Assembly: GCA_965222075.1 (NCBI GenBank)
Contig: OZ244937.1
Span: 4,832,001-4,896,000 of the forward strand
Reading direction: 5' to 3'
DNA length: 64,000 bases
DNA from: Candidatus Latescibacterota bacterium
GTDB lineage: Bacteria > Latescibacterota > UBA2968 > GCA-2709665
The notes under the pieces are model-generated. The model was not told where the DNA came from. It was given only the letters and a program-made list of their open reading frames with translations, and did no database searches. Position 1 is the first letter of the stretch. Each line of letters opens with the position of its first letter. A program made the translations under genes and the position numbers. Shown here piece by piece: positions 1 to 9,604 of this stretch.

Positions 1-1378
1 TGAGGAAGAGATAGTCGTCAGGTTCGTTCTTTTCAAAGAGGAGCAGTTTGGAATGCTGGATCAGGCGCCGGTAGTCTTTTCGGGGGTCGTAAATCCGGAT
101 TAGAAAGCGGAGCAGCAGTTCCCGAGTTTCGTCGTGTTCGAAAGATATATGGAGATCGTCGTTTTCCGTTCGTTTCAGAGCGGCTTGCGCGATTTTAATG
201 GCTTCGGTTCGCTTTTTCACTTCCATCAATTTTTCCGCGAGAGGCAGGGCCAGATGGGGGTGCCGATGGATGGCGTTTTTTCCTACTCGTATGAAGCGGT
301 CTGTGTCCCCGCTCAGGTTGAGGAGGTGGAGGAGGGCGCCGGCTTTTTCCGAGTCCTGGTTGAGGCGTTTGACCTTCAGGCCTTTCAGGTGGGAGAGGGC
401 GATTTTGGCTTCACTGGCTGTACGGACCGCCGCCTTAAACGCCTCCTCCCAGTTCTTAGATCCAAGCGAGTAGAGGTCTTTGGCAAATATCTCTACGAAT
501 CGTTTCAACACCCGTTGCTTGTCTTTTTTTGGCGTGGCTTCGGAGAGCGTTTCCGCCCAGTGCGCAAGGGCTTGTTGAGCTTCTCTGCGGCATTCGGATT
601 CCAGATAGTCCTCGTAGATTTCATCGTAGTCATCATAGTCTTGATCGTCTTCATCGATTCTTTCCGCAGCAGCCATCTTGGTGCAGGCCTGGACAATGGC
701 TTCGTGGATTTTGGCGCTTTCGATCCAGTTGCCCTGGGCCTGATACTTGCTTGCGGTATCACGATAGGGCCTCAGGATACCATCTACAGTATCGCTATCG
801 TCTTCCGCATCGTAATCATCGTCGTAGCGATCGTAATAGTTGTACTCGTAATCGTGCGGCCCCTTGAAGTCACCCGCTTCCAGGTCAGCGGTGATTTCGG
901 CATCGTAGGCTTCGACGGTTTTGTCCGTTTCAGCCCTGCCCTGAGAGAAGATCTTGAGGTTTTCGGCCAGTTTTGGGTATTCGGAGATTTGGAGGCGCAC
1001 AAAGGACCGCAGTTGCTCGGCGGAGAGAGAGGCCAGGATGTCGTCAACCGGAACCGATTCTTCAGGTTCGGAAACGGAAATGCGTTTCGGGGCCTGCCCT
1101 CCTTCGGGTTGGTCGAGGATGGCGAGCATGGTCGCCACGATGTGTTTGCAGATGCCGCCCCAGTCGTACGGGCAGGTGCAGGAGGCATCGAGGTCGTCTC
1201 CGCTACCCCGGATTCTGACGGTGTAGCGGCGGGTACCGTGGACATGCGCCCGGTAGGCGTCGCCTTCAAGGACCAGGTTGCGCACGGCGCCGATTTCGTA
1301 GTAGTCCTCTCCACGGTAGTAGGAGCTGTCGGTTGCATATGCGCGGATCGTAGATTCTTCAAAGTCTGGAAGGGCCAT
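1..1378 (-). CDS. SWIM zinc-finger domain protein (3' end outside window)
   Basis: Absent from the ORF track because no stop lies in the window. Manual translation from ATG 1378 (GGAG upstream): MALPDFEESTIRAYATDSSYYRGEDYY...ASCTCPYDWGGICKHIVATMLA, a CxC..CxH SWIM motif, then acidic D/Y-rich stretches and a helical region. Confidence 0.85.
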   Translation of the reverse strand, partial: MALPDFEESTIRAYATDSSYYRGEDYYEIGAVRNLVLEGDAYRAHVHGTRRYTVRIRGSGDDLDASCTCPYDWGGICKHIVATMLAILDQPEGGQAPKRISVSEPEESVPVDDILASLSAEQLRSFVRLQISEYPKLAENLKIFSQGRAETDKTVEAYDAEITADLEAGDFKGPHDYEYNYYDRYDDDYDAEDDSDTVDGILRPYRDTASKYQAQGNWIESAKIHEAIVQACTKMAAAERIDEDDQDYDDYDEIYEDYLESECRREAQQALAHWAETLSEATPKKDKQRVLKRFVEIFAKDLYSLGSKNWEEAFKAAVRTASEAKIALSHLKGLKVKRLNQDSEKAGALLHLLNLSGDTDRFIRVGKNAIHRHPHLALPLAEKLMEVKKRTEAIKIAQAALKRTENDDLHISFEHDETRELLLRFLIRIYDPRKDYRRLIQHSKLLLFEKNEPDDYLFL

Positions 1379-1480
1379 CAAGATCTCCTTCTGAAAAGCG
1401 GGCTGCCTCTTCTGTCCCAATCGTTTATATATGACTGTACCTTGTTATGGTCTGGTACGAATGCTATATTTTGCATTGGG

Positions 1481-1660
1481 TTTACAACAACTCGCCGGAC
1501 TGGATGGGCTGATTATCCCCGGCGGGGAAAGTACGACCCTGATCCAGCTGATGGATGCCAGCAGCTTCTGGAAGCCGCTTGGGGCGTTTGTCGAGGCGGG
1601 TAAGTCGATTAGGGGCACCTGCGCCGGTCTGATCCTGCTGGCGAGAGACGTGTTCAATCC
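1481..1660 (+). pseudogene. pdxT: Internal fragment of PLP synthase glutaminase subunit PdxT
   Basis: LDGLIIPGGESTT and GTCAGLILLA are PdxT signature motifs; N-terminus and C-terminal FHPE region are missing. Confidence 0.8.
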
Positions 1661-1752
1661 GTTTCGGAAATCCCTCACCGGTATTTTCTGGAAATGACTG
1701 AAAATATGCCATTTCTTTCGAGATCAGATCCGTAGGAGATAGAGATCCATCT

Positions 1753-2926
1753 ATGACACGACAGCCATATCTGAGGGTTAATTTCAGTACACAAAACCCA
1801 GGACGGTCTTTGTCTGTAAACCAGATTGTATCCGGGGTAAAGGATCAACTTCTGGTTGATAACGTTGCCCCAGGCTGTCGGCTACCGCCGGTTCGGGTGC
1901 TGGCCCACCAGTTGGGAATTTCGAAGAATACGGTTCAGACAGCTTACGACGAGCTGGTGGCGCAGGGCGTGGTTGAAAGTAGAAAACGCGTCGGGCTGTT
2001 TGTCGCACCGCACCCACCAGCCGTTGATGTGGTTCCCGAGACGAAGGTTCCGGTTCCCGACCTCGTTTCACTACCGTTGGACCGTGTCCCCGGCCGTAGA
2101 AAGAAAAAATCGATTGATCCGGTCCATCTGAGTAATGTTTTTATCGATCCGGATTTGCTGCCCAGAGAGAGGCTTGCGGCCTGTTTTCGAGCAGTTTTGA
2201 AGCAGCCTGGATTGGAAACGGCCTATCACGCACAGGGGTTTTTGCCTTTAAGGCGGAAGATTGCCGCGCGCCTGAGAAAACGGGGAATCGAAGTTAGGGC
2301 CGAAGACGTCGTAACGACCGTGGGGTCGCAGCAGGCGCTGGATGTTCTGTGCCGGGCGCTGACCAGCAAGACGATTGCAACCGAAGATCCCGCCTATGCA
2401 ATCGGAAAACGGCTTTTTGAGATGAACAACATGACGCCGGTCGGGCTGCCCCTGAACCCCTTCCAGGGTATTGGCGCTCAAAAATGGGAGCGCCGGATTG
2501 CCAGGGCGAAGCCGGGGATTGTCTATCTGACGACGAATTTCCACAATCCGACGGGATATTCTTACTCGACTTCAGAGTTGAACCAGATCCTCGCGTGGTC
2601 TCAACAGTACGGTTTTGGTATTATTGAGGATGACTGGGGATCGGATATGCTGTCCTTTTCGGAATTCAGGCCTTCGTTGCGGGCCAGAGGAGTGGACCTC
2701 TCCCGGGGGCGGTCCGATCCTCTGGCTGGAGGTCCCCGAGGGGATTGACCTCGAAGATATAAGCGTTAGGTTGGAATCGAAAGAGGTGATGATCAATTTA
2801 TCCCATGAAGCCTTTTTCGGCAAGCCCCATCTCAACGGGTTCAGGATCGGCTACGCGTTTCTCCCCACAGAGAGGATGCAGCAGGGGGTTGAGATTTTGG
2901 CCGACGAACTGAAGAAAGCACTTTAA
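1753..2926 (+). pseudogene. MocR/PdxR-type GntR regulator with PLP aminotransferase domain, internally deleted and frameshifted
   Basis: GntR HTH (LPPVRVLAHQLGISKNTVQTAYDELVAQG) and NFHNPTG...IIEDD, then a jump near 2690 into another frame (WTSPGGGPILWL...FRIGYAFLP). The SFSK PLP-lysine segment is missing. Confidence 0.8.
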
Positions 2927-2945
2927 CGATGAGGAGACCTGTAAG

Positions 2946-3674
2946 ATGACCCAACTCAGTGTAAATGTCAACAAGGTTGCGCTGTTGCGAAATACCCGCA
3001 CAATCGGGATTCCCAGCGTGACGCGGGCGGCGCAGATCTGTATCGAGGCCGGGGCGCACGGGATTACGGTGCACCCGCGGCCGGACCAACGGCACATCCG
3101 GCCTTCGGATGTTTACGATCTGGCCGAGATCGTGACGGGCGTGGAGTTCAACATCGAAGGGAATCCGTTTGAAACCGGGTACATGGAGATCGTACGGAAG
3201 GTGAAGCCGACGCAGTGCACGCTGGTGCCCGATTCACCGGAGACGTTCACGTCGGACCACGGGTGGGACCTCTCAAAGGACGGTGAGCGCCTCAGCCCGG
3301 TCATCCAGGAGATGGTGGACCTGGGAAGCCGGGTGAGCCTGTTTATGGATTACGACTCGGATGAGATCCCGCGCGCAAAGCGAGTCGGCGCGGACCGGGT
3401 CGAGCTGTATACCGAGCCGTATGCGGAGGCGTTCCGGGAAGGGAAGGACCTGGAGGGCGTTTTCGAGGGCTATGCAAAGGCGGCGAAGATCGCACAGGAA
3501 GCGGGCCTGGGCGTGAACGCCGGACACGATCTGAATTTGCAGAATCTCGGCAAGTTCTGCTCGATTCCAGGCGTCCTGGAGGTGTCCATCGGCCACGCGC
3601 TGATCGGCGAGGCGCTGGAGATGGGGCTGGCCAATACGGTGAAGGCGTATCTGGAGATTCTGGCAAAGACCTGA
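2946..3674 (+). CDS. pdxJ: Pyridoxine 5'-phosphate synthase
   Basis: LSVNVNKVALLRN, GITVHPRPDQRHIR, VELYTEPYA, VNAGHDL, EVSIGHALI. Confidence 0.95.
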   Translation: MTQLSVNVNKVALLRNTRTIGIPSVTRAAQICIEAGAHGITVHPRPDQRHIRPSDVYDLAEIVTGVEFNIEGNPFETGYMEIVRKVKPTQCTLVPDSPETFTSDHGWDLSKDGERLSPVIQEMVDLGSRVSLFMDYDSDEIPRAKRVGADRVELYTEPYAEAFREGKDLEGVFEGYAKAAKIAQEAGLGVNAGHDLNLQNLGKFCSIPGVLEVSIGHALIGEALEMGLANTVKAYLEILAKT

Positions 3675-3710
3675 AATACATCACGGCACGGAAAGTCCTG
3701 GTTTTTGTTC

Positions 3711-4064
3711 GGAAGCTGTTTGGAAAATAACCTTTCGGTAGATACCCGGGTTCAACTGTTTTTTTACTTTGGCCTTTTTCTTGTTCGCCCAAGAAAAAGG
3801 CCGAAAAAGAAGGGCGCCTGCCTGCGCGGCGCACCGCGCTGCAGGCAGGCCGCTCAGACGCCGCGGGGGCTGCTTTTCCGCGAATAGCCCCTGTGGTGGA
3901 AGCGGAAGCTTCTGCCCTGCGGACCTTTGAGGCGTTTCTGGGCGATGGCGCTGGACGGAACCGCGCGGAAAAGCCCCTTCCCCCCGCCCCAAAGCGGTCT
4001 TCGCCTTGACCGATACCTTTTCGCTCGTGCTCGGGAACTCACCAGGAATTTTAAAACAACTGCT
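3711..4064. repeat. Non-coding MITE-like element with nested palindromes (copy 1)
   Basis: Shares GAAxCTGyTTGGAAAATAA, TTACTTT(T)GGCCTTTTTCTTG..CGCCCAAGAAAAAGGCCG and CTCAGACGCCGC with 46444-46523; ends form imperfect inverted repeats. Confidence 0.7.
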
Positions 4065-4875
4065 AAGCTGTCTCCTTACAGCGGTAGATCATGGGGCAGT
4101 ACGCTGGATTGTCGATGTAGGCCATATGCCCTTCCCTGGACCGGGTCGCCGGGCTGGATTTCTCCGTGCGCATGTGGATCGCAAAACTCCGCCTCGGTTC
4201 TGCTGACCGGTTGGGGCCGCTGCCGTGGTAGGTCAGGTTGTGGTGGAAGCTGACGCCTCCGGGCGGCAGGATGACGTTGACCTCTTCCCAGGTCTGGCCG
4301 GGGGGGATGGCAATTCCATCGCGCAGGGCTTCGAGGTCTTGCTCGTAGAAGAAGCCCTGGTCGAGCAGGCCCCATTTGTTTGACCCACGCACGAGCCTCA
4401 TGGGGCCGGAATCCGGGGTGACGTTGCTCAGGGCGACCCAGGCAGTGAAGAGTTCGCTTCCTTCCTCCCAGTCCTTCCAGTACTGTGCGTCTTGATGCCA
4501 GCCAACGTTTTGGCTCCCTTCCGTATCCCGGGCAAGAGGGGGCTTGTGGAGCAACTGGCCCCACCAGGCCTGGATCCATTTTGCGCCCGTGATCGCCGCG
4601 GCCAGCTCCGCAATGGCCGGATGGGTGAACAGGTCCATGATTGCGCGGTTGGACCCCTGGGGCACGTCGATTTTGCCGAGTTTTTGAGGGTCGTCTCCCG
4701 GCTTCCAATAGCATTTGTGGGGCGGTAGGCCGGTTTCGTAGCGGCCGAATCTGACGGCATCCATGCCTGCAATTGCGCGCTGAATGAGGTCGTCGGGGAT
4801 GACCGGCTGTGCGCAGATGTAAAAGCCGTCCGATTCAAATTGGGCGCGGGCTGTTGCGAGTTCCCGGGTGTGCAT
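4063..4875 (-). CDS. Phytanoyl-CoA dioxygenase (PhyH) family Fe(II)/2OG oxygenase
   Basis: WHQD, TAWVAL, HHNLTYHGSGPNRS..RRS. Confidence 0.9.
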   Translation of the reverse strand: MHTRELATARAQFESDGFYICAQPVIPDDLIQRAIAGMDAVRFGRYETGLPPHKCYWKPGDDPQKLGKIDVPQGSNRAIMDLFTHPAIAELAAAITGAKWIQAWWGQLLHKPPLARDTEGSQNVGWHQDAQYWKDWEEGSELFTAWVALSNVTPDSGPMRLVRGSNKWGLLDQGFFYEQDLEALRDGIAIPPGQTWEEVNVILPPGGVSFHHNLTYHGSGPNRSAEPRRSFAIHMRTEKSSPATRSREGHMAYIDNPAYCPMIYRCKETA

Positions 4876-4895
4876 CGGTCTATTCCTCCGAGGGT

Positions 4896-4970
4896 TTAAT
4901 CTGCGTCGGTGTGATAGATCACGGGGCAGTAGGACGGGCTGGATTTCTGCGTGCGCATGTGGAGACTTCC
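4896..4970 (-). pseudogene. C-terminal remnant of a second PhyH paralogue
   Basis: Reads GSLHMRTQKSSP-SYCPVIYHTDAD*, versus HMRTEKSSP(15 aa)AYCPMIY in the adjacent gene. Confidence 0.75.
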
Positions 4971-4986
4971 TCAGGGTGTATGATTT

Positions 4987-6624
4987 CTACCACCCGACCG
5001 CATATCCGTCCCGCCTCGGATCCGAGCCGCCGATAAGGGCGCTGGATTCGGGGTCAATGAGTATGGCCTGCGCACTGCCGGGACCGTCCCAGTCTCTTAG
5101 GATCTGGAGTTCATGCCCTTTTTGGGCGAGTCCTTCACGGACATCTCCGGGGAACCGGCCTTCCAGCTGCAGGACGTCCGCACAGGTGTGGGGGATCGTG
5201 GATTCCATCGGGTTTTGCAGGTTGCGCCAGCGGGGGGCCTCAACAGCCTCCTGGGGGGTCATGCCGAAGTCGAGGATGTGCGTGATGAGCTGGAGGTTGG
5301 TTTGCACCTGCGTGTCCGCGCCCGGGGTGCCGCAGACGAGGAGGGGTTTGTTGTCTTTTGTTACGATGACGGGATTCATGGTGTGGCGCACCCGCTTGCC
5401 GGGCATGAGGCAGTTGGGGTGATCGGCGTCCAGGTGCCAATAGGTCATCCGGTTGTTGAGCAGGATGCCGGTGTTTCCCGCAATGAGGCTCGAGCCGAAC
5501 CCGGACTGGATGCTTTGCAGGACACAGATGGCGTTTCCCCACCGGTCGGCGACGCAGAAACAGGTGGTGTCTTCAAACGATTCGGGCGAACCGGAGGGGA
5601 CGTCGGTGAGCGCCCGGTTGGGGTCGATGCGTTCGGTTTGCCGGGTGGCGTAGGCTTTGGAGAGCATGCCTTTGAGGGGGATGTCGCCCCACCTGGGATC
5701 GGCCATGTATTTTTCCCGGTCTGCAAAGGAGAGTTTTTTGGCTTCGACCATAATGTGGATGCTTTCGGCGGTGTTGCAGCCCAGGGACCGCAGGTCGAAG
5801 TTTTCGACGATGTTCAGTTCCTGCAGGAGAATGTGGCCGCTGGAGTTGGGGGGCGTTTCGTAGACACGGTGGCCCCGGTAGGTTGTGTGGATGGGATCGT
5901 CCCAGTGGGCGTGGTGGTCGGCGAGGTCTTTTTTGGTGAGCAGCCCTTCATAGGCCTCGCTGAATTTGACGATTTCGCGGGCGATTTCTCCTTCGTAGAG
6001 GGTGCCGCGTCCTTCTGCTGCGATTTTTTGCAGGGTTCTGCCGAGGTCTTTTTGATACAGGATTTCTCCGGGGTTAAGCGGCCGGCCGTCGCGGGTGAAT
6101 ACGGCGCGGGTGTAGGGGTCGGAGGCGAAGCGCTCGTTTTCGTTTTTGAGCGATGCGGCGAATTTGTGGCTGACGGGGAAGCCGTTTTCGCACAGCGATA
6201 CGGCAGGGTCGAATACCCGATCGAGGCTGAGTACGCCGTAACGCTCGTGGGCGATGAGCCAGCCGTCCACCAGCCCGGGGACCGAGACGCTGCGGATGCC
6301 TTTCATCGGGATGCCGCCGCTTTCGATGTAGAGGTCGCGGGTTGCCGCAGAGGGGGCGGCGCCGGTGGCGTTCACACAGGTTAAGGCGCCTGTTTCCGCC
6401 CAGTGAATGAGGAGGAATCCGTCGCCGCCAACGCCGGAGCTGGCCGGTTCGACCACGCCCAGCGCAGCGGCGGTTGCGATGGCGGCGTCTATGGCATTGC
6501 CACCGGCCATCAGGATCTGGATGCCGGCCTGAGAGGCGAGCAGGTGGCCGGATGTGACCATGCCGTTTCTACCCATAACCGGGGGACGATATGCTGAAAA
6601 ATGAACACCGTGTGGAGATTGCAT
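4987..6624 (-). CDS. ggt: Gamma-glutamyltransferase family protein
   Basis: GGNAIDAAIA, SGVGGDGF, nucleophile EDTTCFCVADRWGN, GSDPRRDG. Start placed at MQSPHG because the upstream extension runs over repeats. Confidence 0.9.
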   Translation of the reverse strand: MQSPHGVHFSAYRPPVMGRNGMVTSGHLLASQAGIQILMAGGNAIDAAIATAAALGVVEPASSGVGGDGFLLIHWAETGALTCVNATGAAPSAATRDLYIESGGIPMKGIRSVSVPGLVDGWLIAHERYGVLSLDRVFDPAVSLCENGFPVSHKFAASLKNENERFASDPYTRAVFTRDGRPLNPGEILYQKDLGRTLQKIAAEGRGTLYEGEIAREIVKFSEAYEGLLTKKDLADHHAHWDDPIHTTYRGHRVYETPPNSSGHILLQELNIVENFDLRSLGCNTAESIHIMVEAKKLSFADREKYMADPRWGDIPLKGMLSKAYATRQTERIDPNRALTDVPSGSPESFEDTTCFCVADRWGNAICVLQSIQSGFGSSLIAGNTGILLNNRMTYWHLDADHPNCLMPGKRVRHTMNPVIVTKDNKPLLVCGTPGADTQVQTNLQLITHILDFGMTPQEAVEAPRWRNLQNPMESTIPHTCADVLQLEGRFPGDVREGLAQKGHELQILRDWDGPGSAQAILIDPESSALIGGSDPRRDGYAVGW

Positions 6625-6638
6625 AGCGTTTCCTGACT

Positions 6639-6664
6639 GTAGGGGCGATGCTTGTGATCGCCCT
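6639..6664 (+). repeat. GTAG-type REP palindrome
   Basis: GTAGGGGCGATGCTTGTGATCGCCCT; near-identical copy at 43398-43422. Confidence 0.7.
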
Positions 6665-6713
6665 TTACGGTTTGATTGTTCGCGGTGGGGGTTTGACTCC
6701 GCGCCTCTGTGGT

Positions 6714-7994
6714 TCAAAAAGATCGAAACAGCTTCGCATAGGGCATCGGGTCTGAGAAGATGCCGCCGCTTTGACGGTAGTACTCATTGTCTAAGACAAA
6801 AGCGCCGGATCGGGGTTTGAGCCAGGTCGCGTCCGGGATGGGGTATGCCGCGAGAAGGTCGGGCCAGGTGGCGTAGGTTTCGGGGCCGTTGGATTCCAGG
6901 ATGCCGCCCCTGACACCGGGGAATGCGGGCAGGCGGGCGATGACGTTTTTGTTCCATTCCACAAGGGTGGGCACACAGGCGTTGTCCGCCACAAAACAGT
7001 AAGCCCCGGCCTCGGCGGCGGCGGCGACCATCTGAAAGGTGAGGGAGAGGGTCTTGCCGGCCGGTTTGAGGGCGACAGCCCCGTATCCCTGCTGGATTTT
7101 GGCGTTGATGTCCCGGACGCTGTGGAGGCTCTCGTCTGCGGCGAATCTGGCCGGGAGGTCCGTGACGTCGACTTCCAGGGTTTCGTCAAAGGGTTCTTCG
7201 AGGAGGATGATGCGGTCGAGCATGCCGATTTTTTGGGCGTGGTCGAGCAGCCGGGCGATGTTTTCTTTTTTCTTATACCGGCCGTTGGCGTCCAGGTAAT
7301 AGAGGACCTTTCCGGAGTCGGTCATCGGGGTCTCGCAGGCGCGGGCGGCCTTGTGGATTCGGGTCAGGCAGTCCATGTCTTTGCACAGCATTTCGGATTC
7401 GCTTCCAGGCTGGCCGATCTTTATCTTCAGGATACAGGCGCCGCCGTCTAAGACGCTCTGGACGACGTCCATAGGGAGGGCGTAGGAAACCAGGGGGACG
7501 CCGGCAAGATGGGTCTGGCGGTGGGAGAGATAGGGGCGATAGGGCAAAGGGATGAGGTCATCGAAGGTGTCGATGCCGTTTTCCTTAGCGTAGAGCATCC
7601 AGGCGGCGTTGTCCAGGGCGACGAGGGAGATGAGAGAGAAGGTGAGCCGCAGGTTGGGGTTGTGGGTCACGGTCTTGCCATAATCGTGCACCTGCGGGAG
7701 GAGATCGGCCAGGATGGCCATGGGGTCTGTATAGTTTCGGCGTTTGACCTGCTGCAGGGCGTATTCCAAAAGGGCGGTCATCAAGACGTTGCCGCCGACT
7801 TCGGTATGCGCTAAGAAGACGTCCCCATCGGCCCACAGGACGGCCAGGCCGCCCAGGCCGAAGGCCTCGTGTTCGGCATCGTCCCGCAGGCGGACGGCAA
7901 GGTTCCATTTTTCGTGGAAGGCGGCGCCTTTGAAGCCGAAGGGGCGCGCAAAGGGTTCGCGCTGGATTTCGAGGTCGGTGTGAACGATATGCAT
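6714..7994 (-). CDS. Enolase superfamily (mandelate racemase / Ala-Glu epimerase-like) protein
   Basis: KIKIG, LDANG, LEEP, ADES metal-ligand pattern; true start MHIVHTD at 7994. Confidence 0.85.
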   Translation of the reverse strand: MHIVHTDLEIQREPFARPFGFKGAAFHEKWNLAVRLRDDAEHEAFGLGGLAVLWADGDVFLAHTEVGGNVLMTALLEYALQQVKRRNYTDPMAILADLLPQVHDYGKTVTHNPNLRLTFSLISLVALDNAAWMLYAKENGIDTFDDLIPLPYRPYLSHRQTHLAGVPLVSYALPMDVVQSVLDGGACILKIKIGQPGSESEMLCKDMDCLTRIHKAARACETPMTDSGKVLYYLDANGRYKKKENIARLLDHAQKIGMLDRIILLEEPFDETLEVDVTDLPARFAADESLHSVRDINAKIQQGYGAVALKPAGKTLSLTFQMVAAAAEAGAYCFVADNACVPTLVEWNKNVIARLPAFPGVRGGILESNGPETYATWPDLLAAYPIPDATWLKPRSGAFVLDNEYYRQSGGIFSDPMPYAKLFRSF

Positions 7995-8008
7995 TCGGTC
8001 TGTTCCTT

Positions 8009-9361
8009 TTAATGTCCAAGTCCATCCCCGGTGAGACACCCCGTTCCCAGGGTTCCGTCCTGGGTCTGGAAGATGGAGGGGAACCGTTCCGCCCACCCGG
8101 TGTTGGCCTCGGGGCAGTACTGCCGCGCGTTGCCTTCGATTGCGGTTACCGTAGGCACACGCGCGGCCAGCCCGGCCGAGTGGAGGAAGGACGCGCCGGG
8201 ACAGGTGAGGTCCTGCACACAGAGGAACATGCCGTATTTCTGCGCGGCCGCGCCCAAAAGCAGGGATTCGGACTGCCCTTTGCAGGCTTTCAGCGCCACG
8301 CCCGAATAGCCGAGTTCGCGGGCGAGGAGCAGGCTTTCGAAGTCGTCTAAGGATTCGTCGATGACGACGGGCCGGATCTGCGCGGCCCGGTGCATTTTGT
8401 TTTCCGGGTTGGCTTTGAGGTCCCGCGCGGTGGGCTGTTCGATGTAGGCGACCCGCTCGAAGGCGCCCGGGCTCTTTTCCTGGATCTGGGCGAGGAAGTC
8501 GAGGAGGTAATCGACGCTCTGGCACTTTTCGTTGAAGTCCAGGGAATAGGCCCAGTTCTCCACACCCCGGGCGGCCTGCGCCCCGGAGGCGACCCGGTCT
8601 ACGCTGCCGACCCGGTCCACGTCCCAGGCCAGGTCGTCCCCGTTGAGTTTGATTTTGAGGTGGGTGAGCCCGTCGGCGGAGATCCACTCGGGGAGGGTTT
8701 CGGGAAGGCCGTCGTCGATGCGTCGGTCGATGTCGGCGTCGGTGAGGGGGTCAAGCGCGCCGACGAGGTGGTAAAGCGGCATCCGGGGCCTGGGCTGCCG
8801 CGAGGTGTACCGGTCTAAGTATTCGCCCTGAAAGTCATCGTTGAGGTAGTGGGCAAGGTCGTGGGTCATGGAGTCGCTGCCGAGTCCGTCGTAGCTGTTG
8901 ATGCCGTTCACTTTTCCGAAGGCATCGTGGAGGGCGGCGTCTATGGGGCTGGCGGTGACCAGGGTGCAAAGTTTGGGGATGGGATCGGCAAGGTCGAGCT
9001 CTTTTCCGACTTCCACCGCCAGGTCGAGAAACCGGTGTTCCAGATCGACCATCAGGTCAATGGGGTGCCCGCTGTCCCGGAGTTGCCGGGTAATTTCGAC
9101 CATTCGGTTGCCCAGGCGCCTCATGGCCGCCATCGATTCGTCGAAGCTGACGCGCTGGGAAGGGAATGACCAGGCGTTTCCCAGGGGCATCGACCCGAAT
9201 CCCCCGGACTGCTTCCCCCCACCGTTTTCAAGCTGGAGGGTGATGTTCATCAGCACACAGTGGGTGGTGATAACCCCGCCGAATTTCAGGGGGGTGCGGT
9301 AGGGATAGTCTTCAAATCCGATTTCGACTTCACAGATCCGGATGTCTGTCTGTTTTGACAT
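8009..9361 (-). CDS. Enolase superfamily (mandelate racemase / muconate lactonizing-like) protein
   Basis: YRTPLKFGG, HLKIKL, LDFNE, YIEQP, IDES, ALKACKG. Confidence 0.85.
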   Translation of the reverse strand: MSKQTDIRICEVEIGFEDYPYRTPLKFGGVITTHCVLMNITLQLENGGGKQSGGFGSMPLGNAWSFPSQRVSFDESMAAMRRLGNRMVEITRQLRDSGHPIDLMVDLEHRFLDLAVEVGKELDLADPIPKLCTLVTASPIDAALHDAFGKVNGINSYDGLGSDSMTHDLAHYLNDDFQGEYLDRYTSRQPRPRMPLYHLVGALDPLTDADIDRRIDDGLPETLPEWISADGLTHLKIKLNGDDLAWDVDRVGSVDRVASGAQAARGVENWAYSLDFNEKCQSVDYLLDFLAQIQEKSPGAFERVAYIEQPTARDLKANPENKMHRAAQIRPVVIDESLDDFESLLLARELGYSGVALKACKGQSESLLLGAAAQKYGMFLCVQDLTCPGASFLHSAGLAARVPTVTAIEGNARQYCPEANTGWAERFPSIFQTQDGTLGTGCLTGDGLGH

Positions 9362-9417
9362 GGAGGAGCGCCTCCTCTGCATATTTTGGTGTTGAAGATT
9401 TGGAATGGGGACGTTCT

Positions 9418-9446
9418 ATGATAGCATTTGGATAAGGTGGTGTCAA
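9418..9446 (-). promoter_or_regulatory. Sigma70-type promoter for the enolase-enolase-ggt-phyH run
   Basis: Minus strand TTGACA-17 nt-TATCAT about 57 bp upstream of the start codon. Confidence 0.65.
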
Positions 9447-9505
9447 GAAGCGTCAGGGGCAGGGTAGGGCGATATGACAGAGAGGATGTAAATTGGGGAG
9501 AGGAG

Positions 9506-9595
9506 GTGCGCGACCTGGCTGTTTATGTTGTTGGTATTGCGGGCGGTACGGGATCGGGGAAGACGAGGCTGGCGAGGGCGATTCTGTCGGGGTGA
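9506..9595 (+). pseudogene. N-terminal remnant of uridine kinase-like P-loop protein
   Basis: GGAG-rich RBS, then VRDLAVYVVGIAGGTGSGKTRLARAILSG*. Confidence 0.65.
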
Positions 9596-9604
9596 CTGGT
9601 TCTG

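Noticed and set aside
134-1603. 489-aa plus-strand ORF
   Set aside because: Antisense shadow of the SWIM gene; no motifs.
2615-2926. Programmed frameshift in the PdxR-like gene
   Set aside because: A conserved segment is physically missing and no slippery site is seen; deletion explains it better.
7995-8687. N-terminal extensions in the ORF track (also 29529-29915, 45184-45543, 38628-38732, 59454-59615)
   Set aside because: They overlap neighbouring genes or intergenic DNA, and family homology begins at the downstream starts; these are not fusions.
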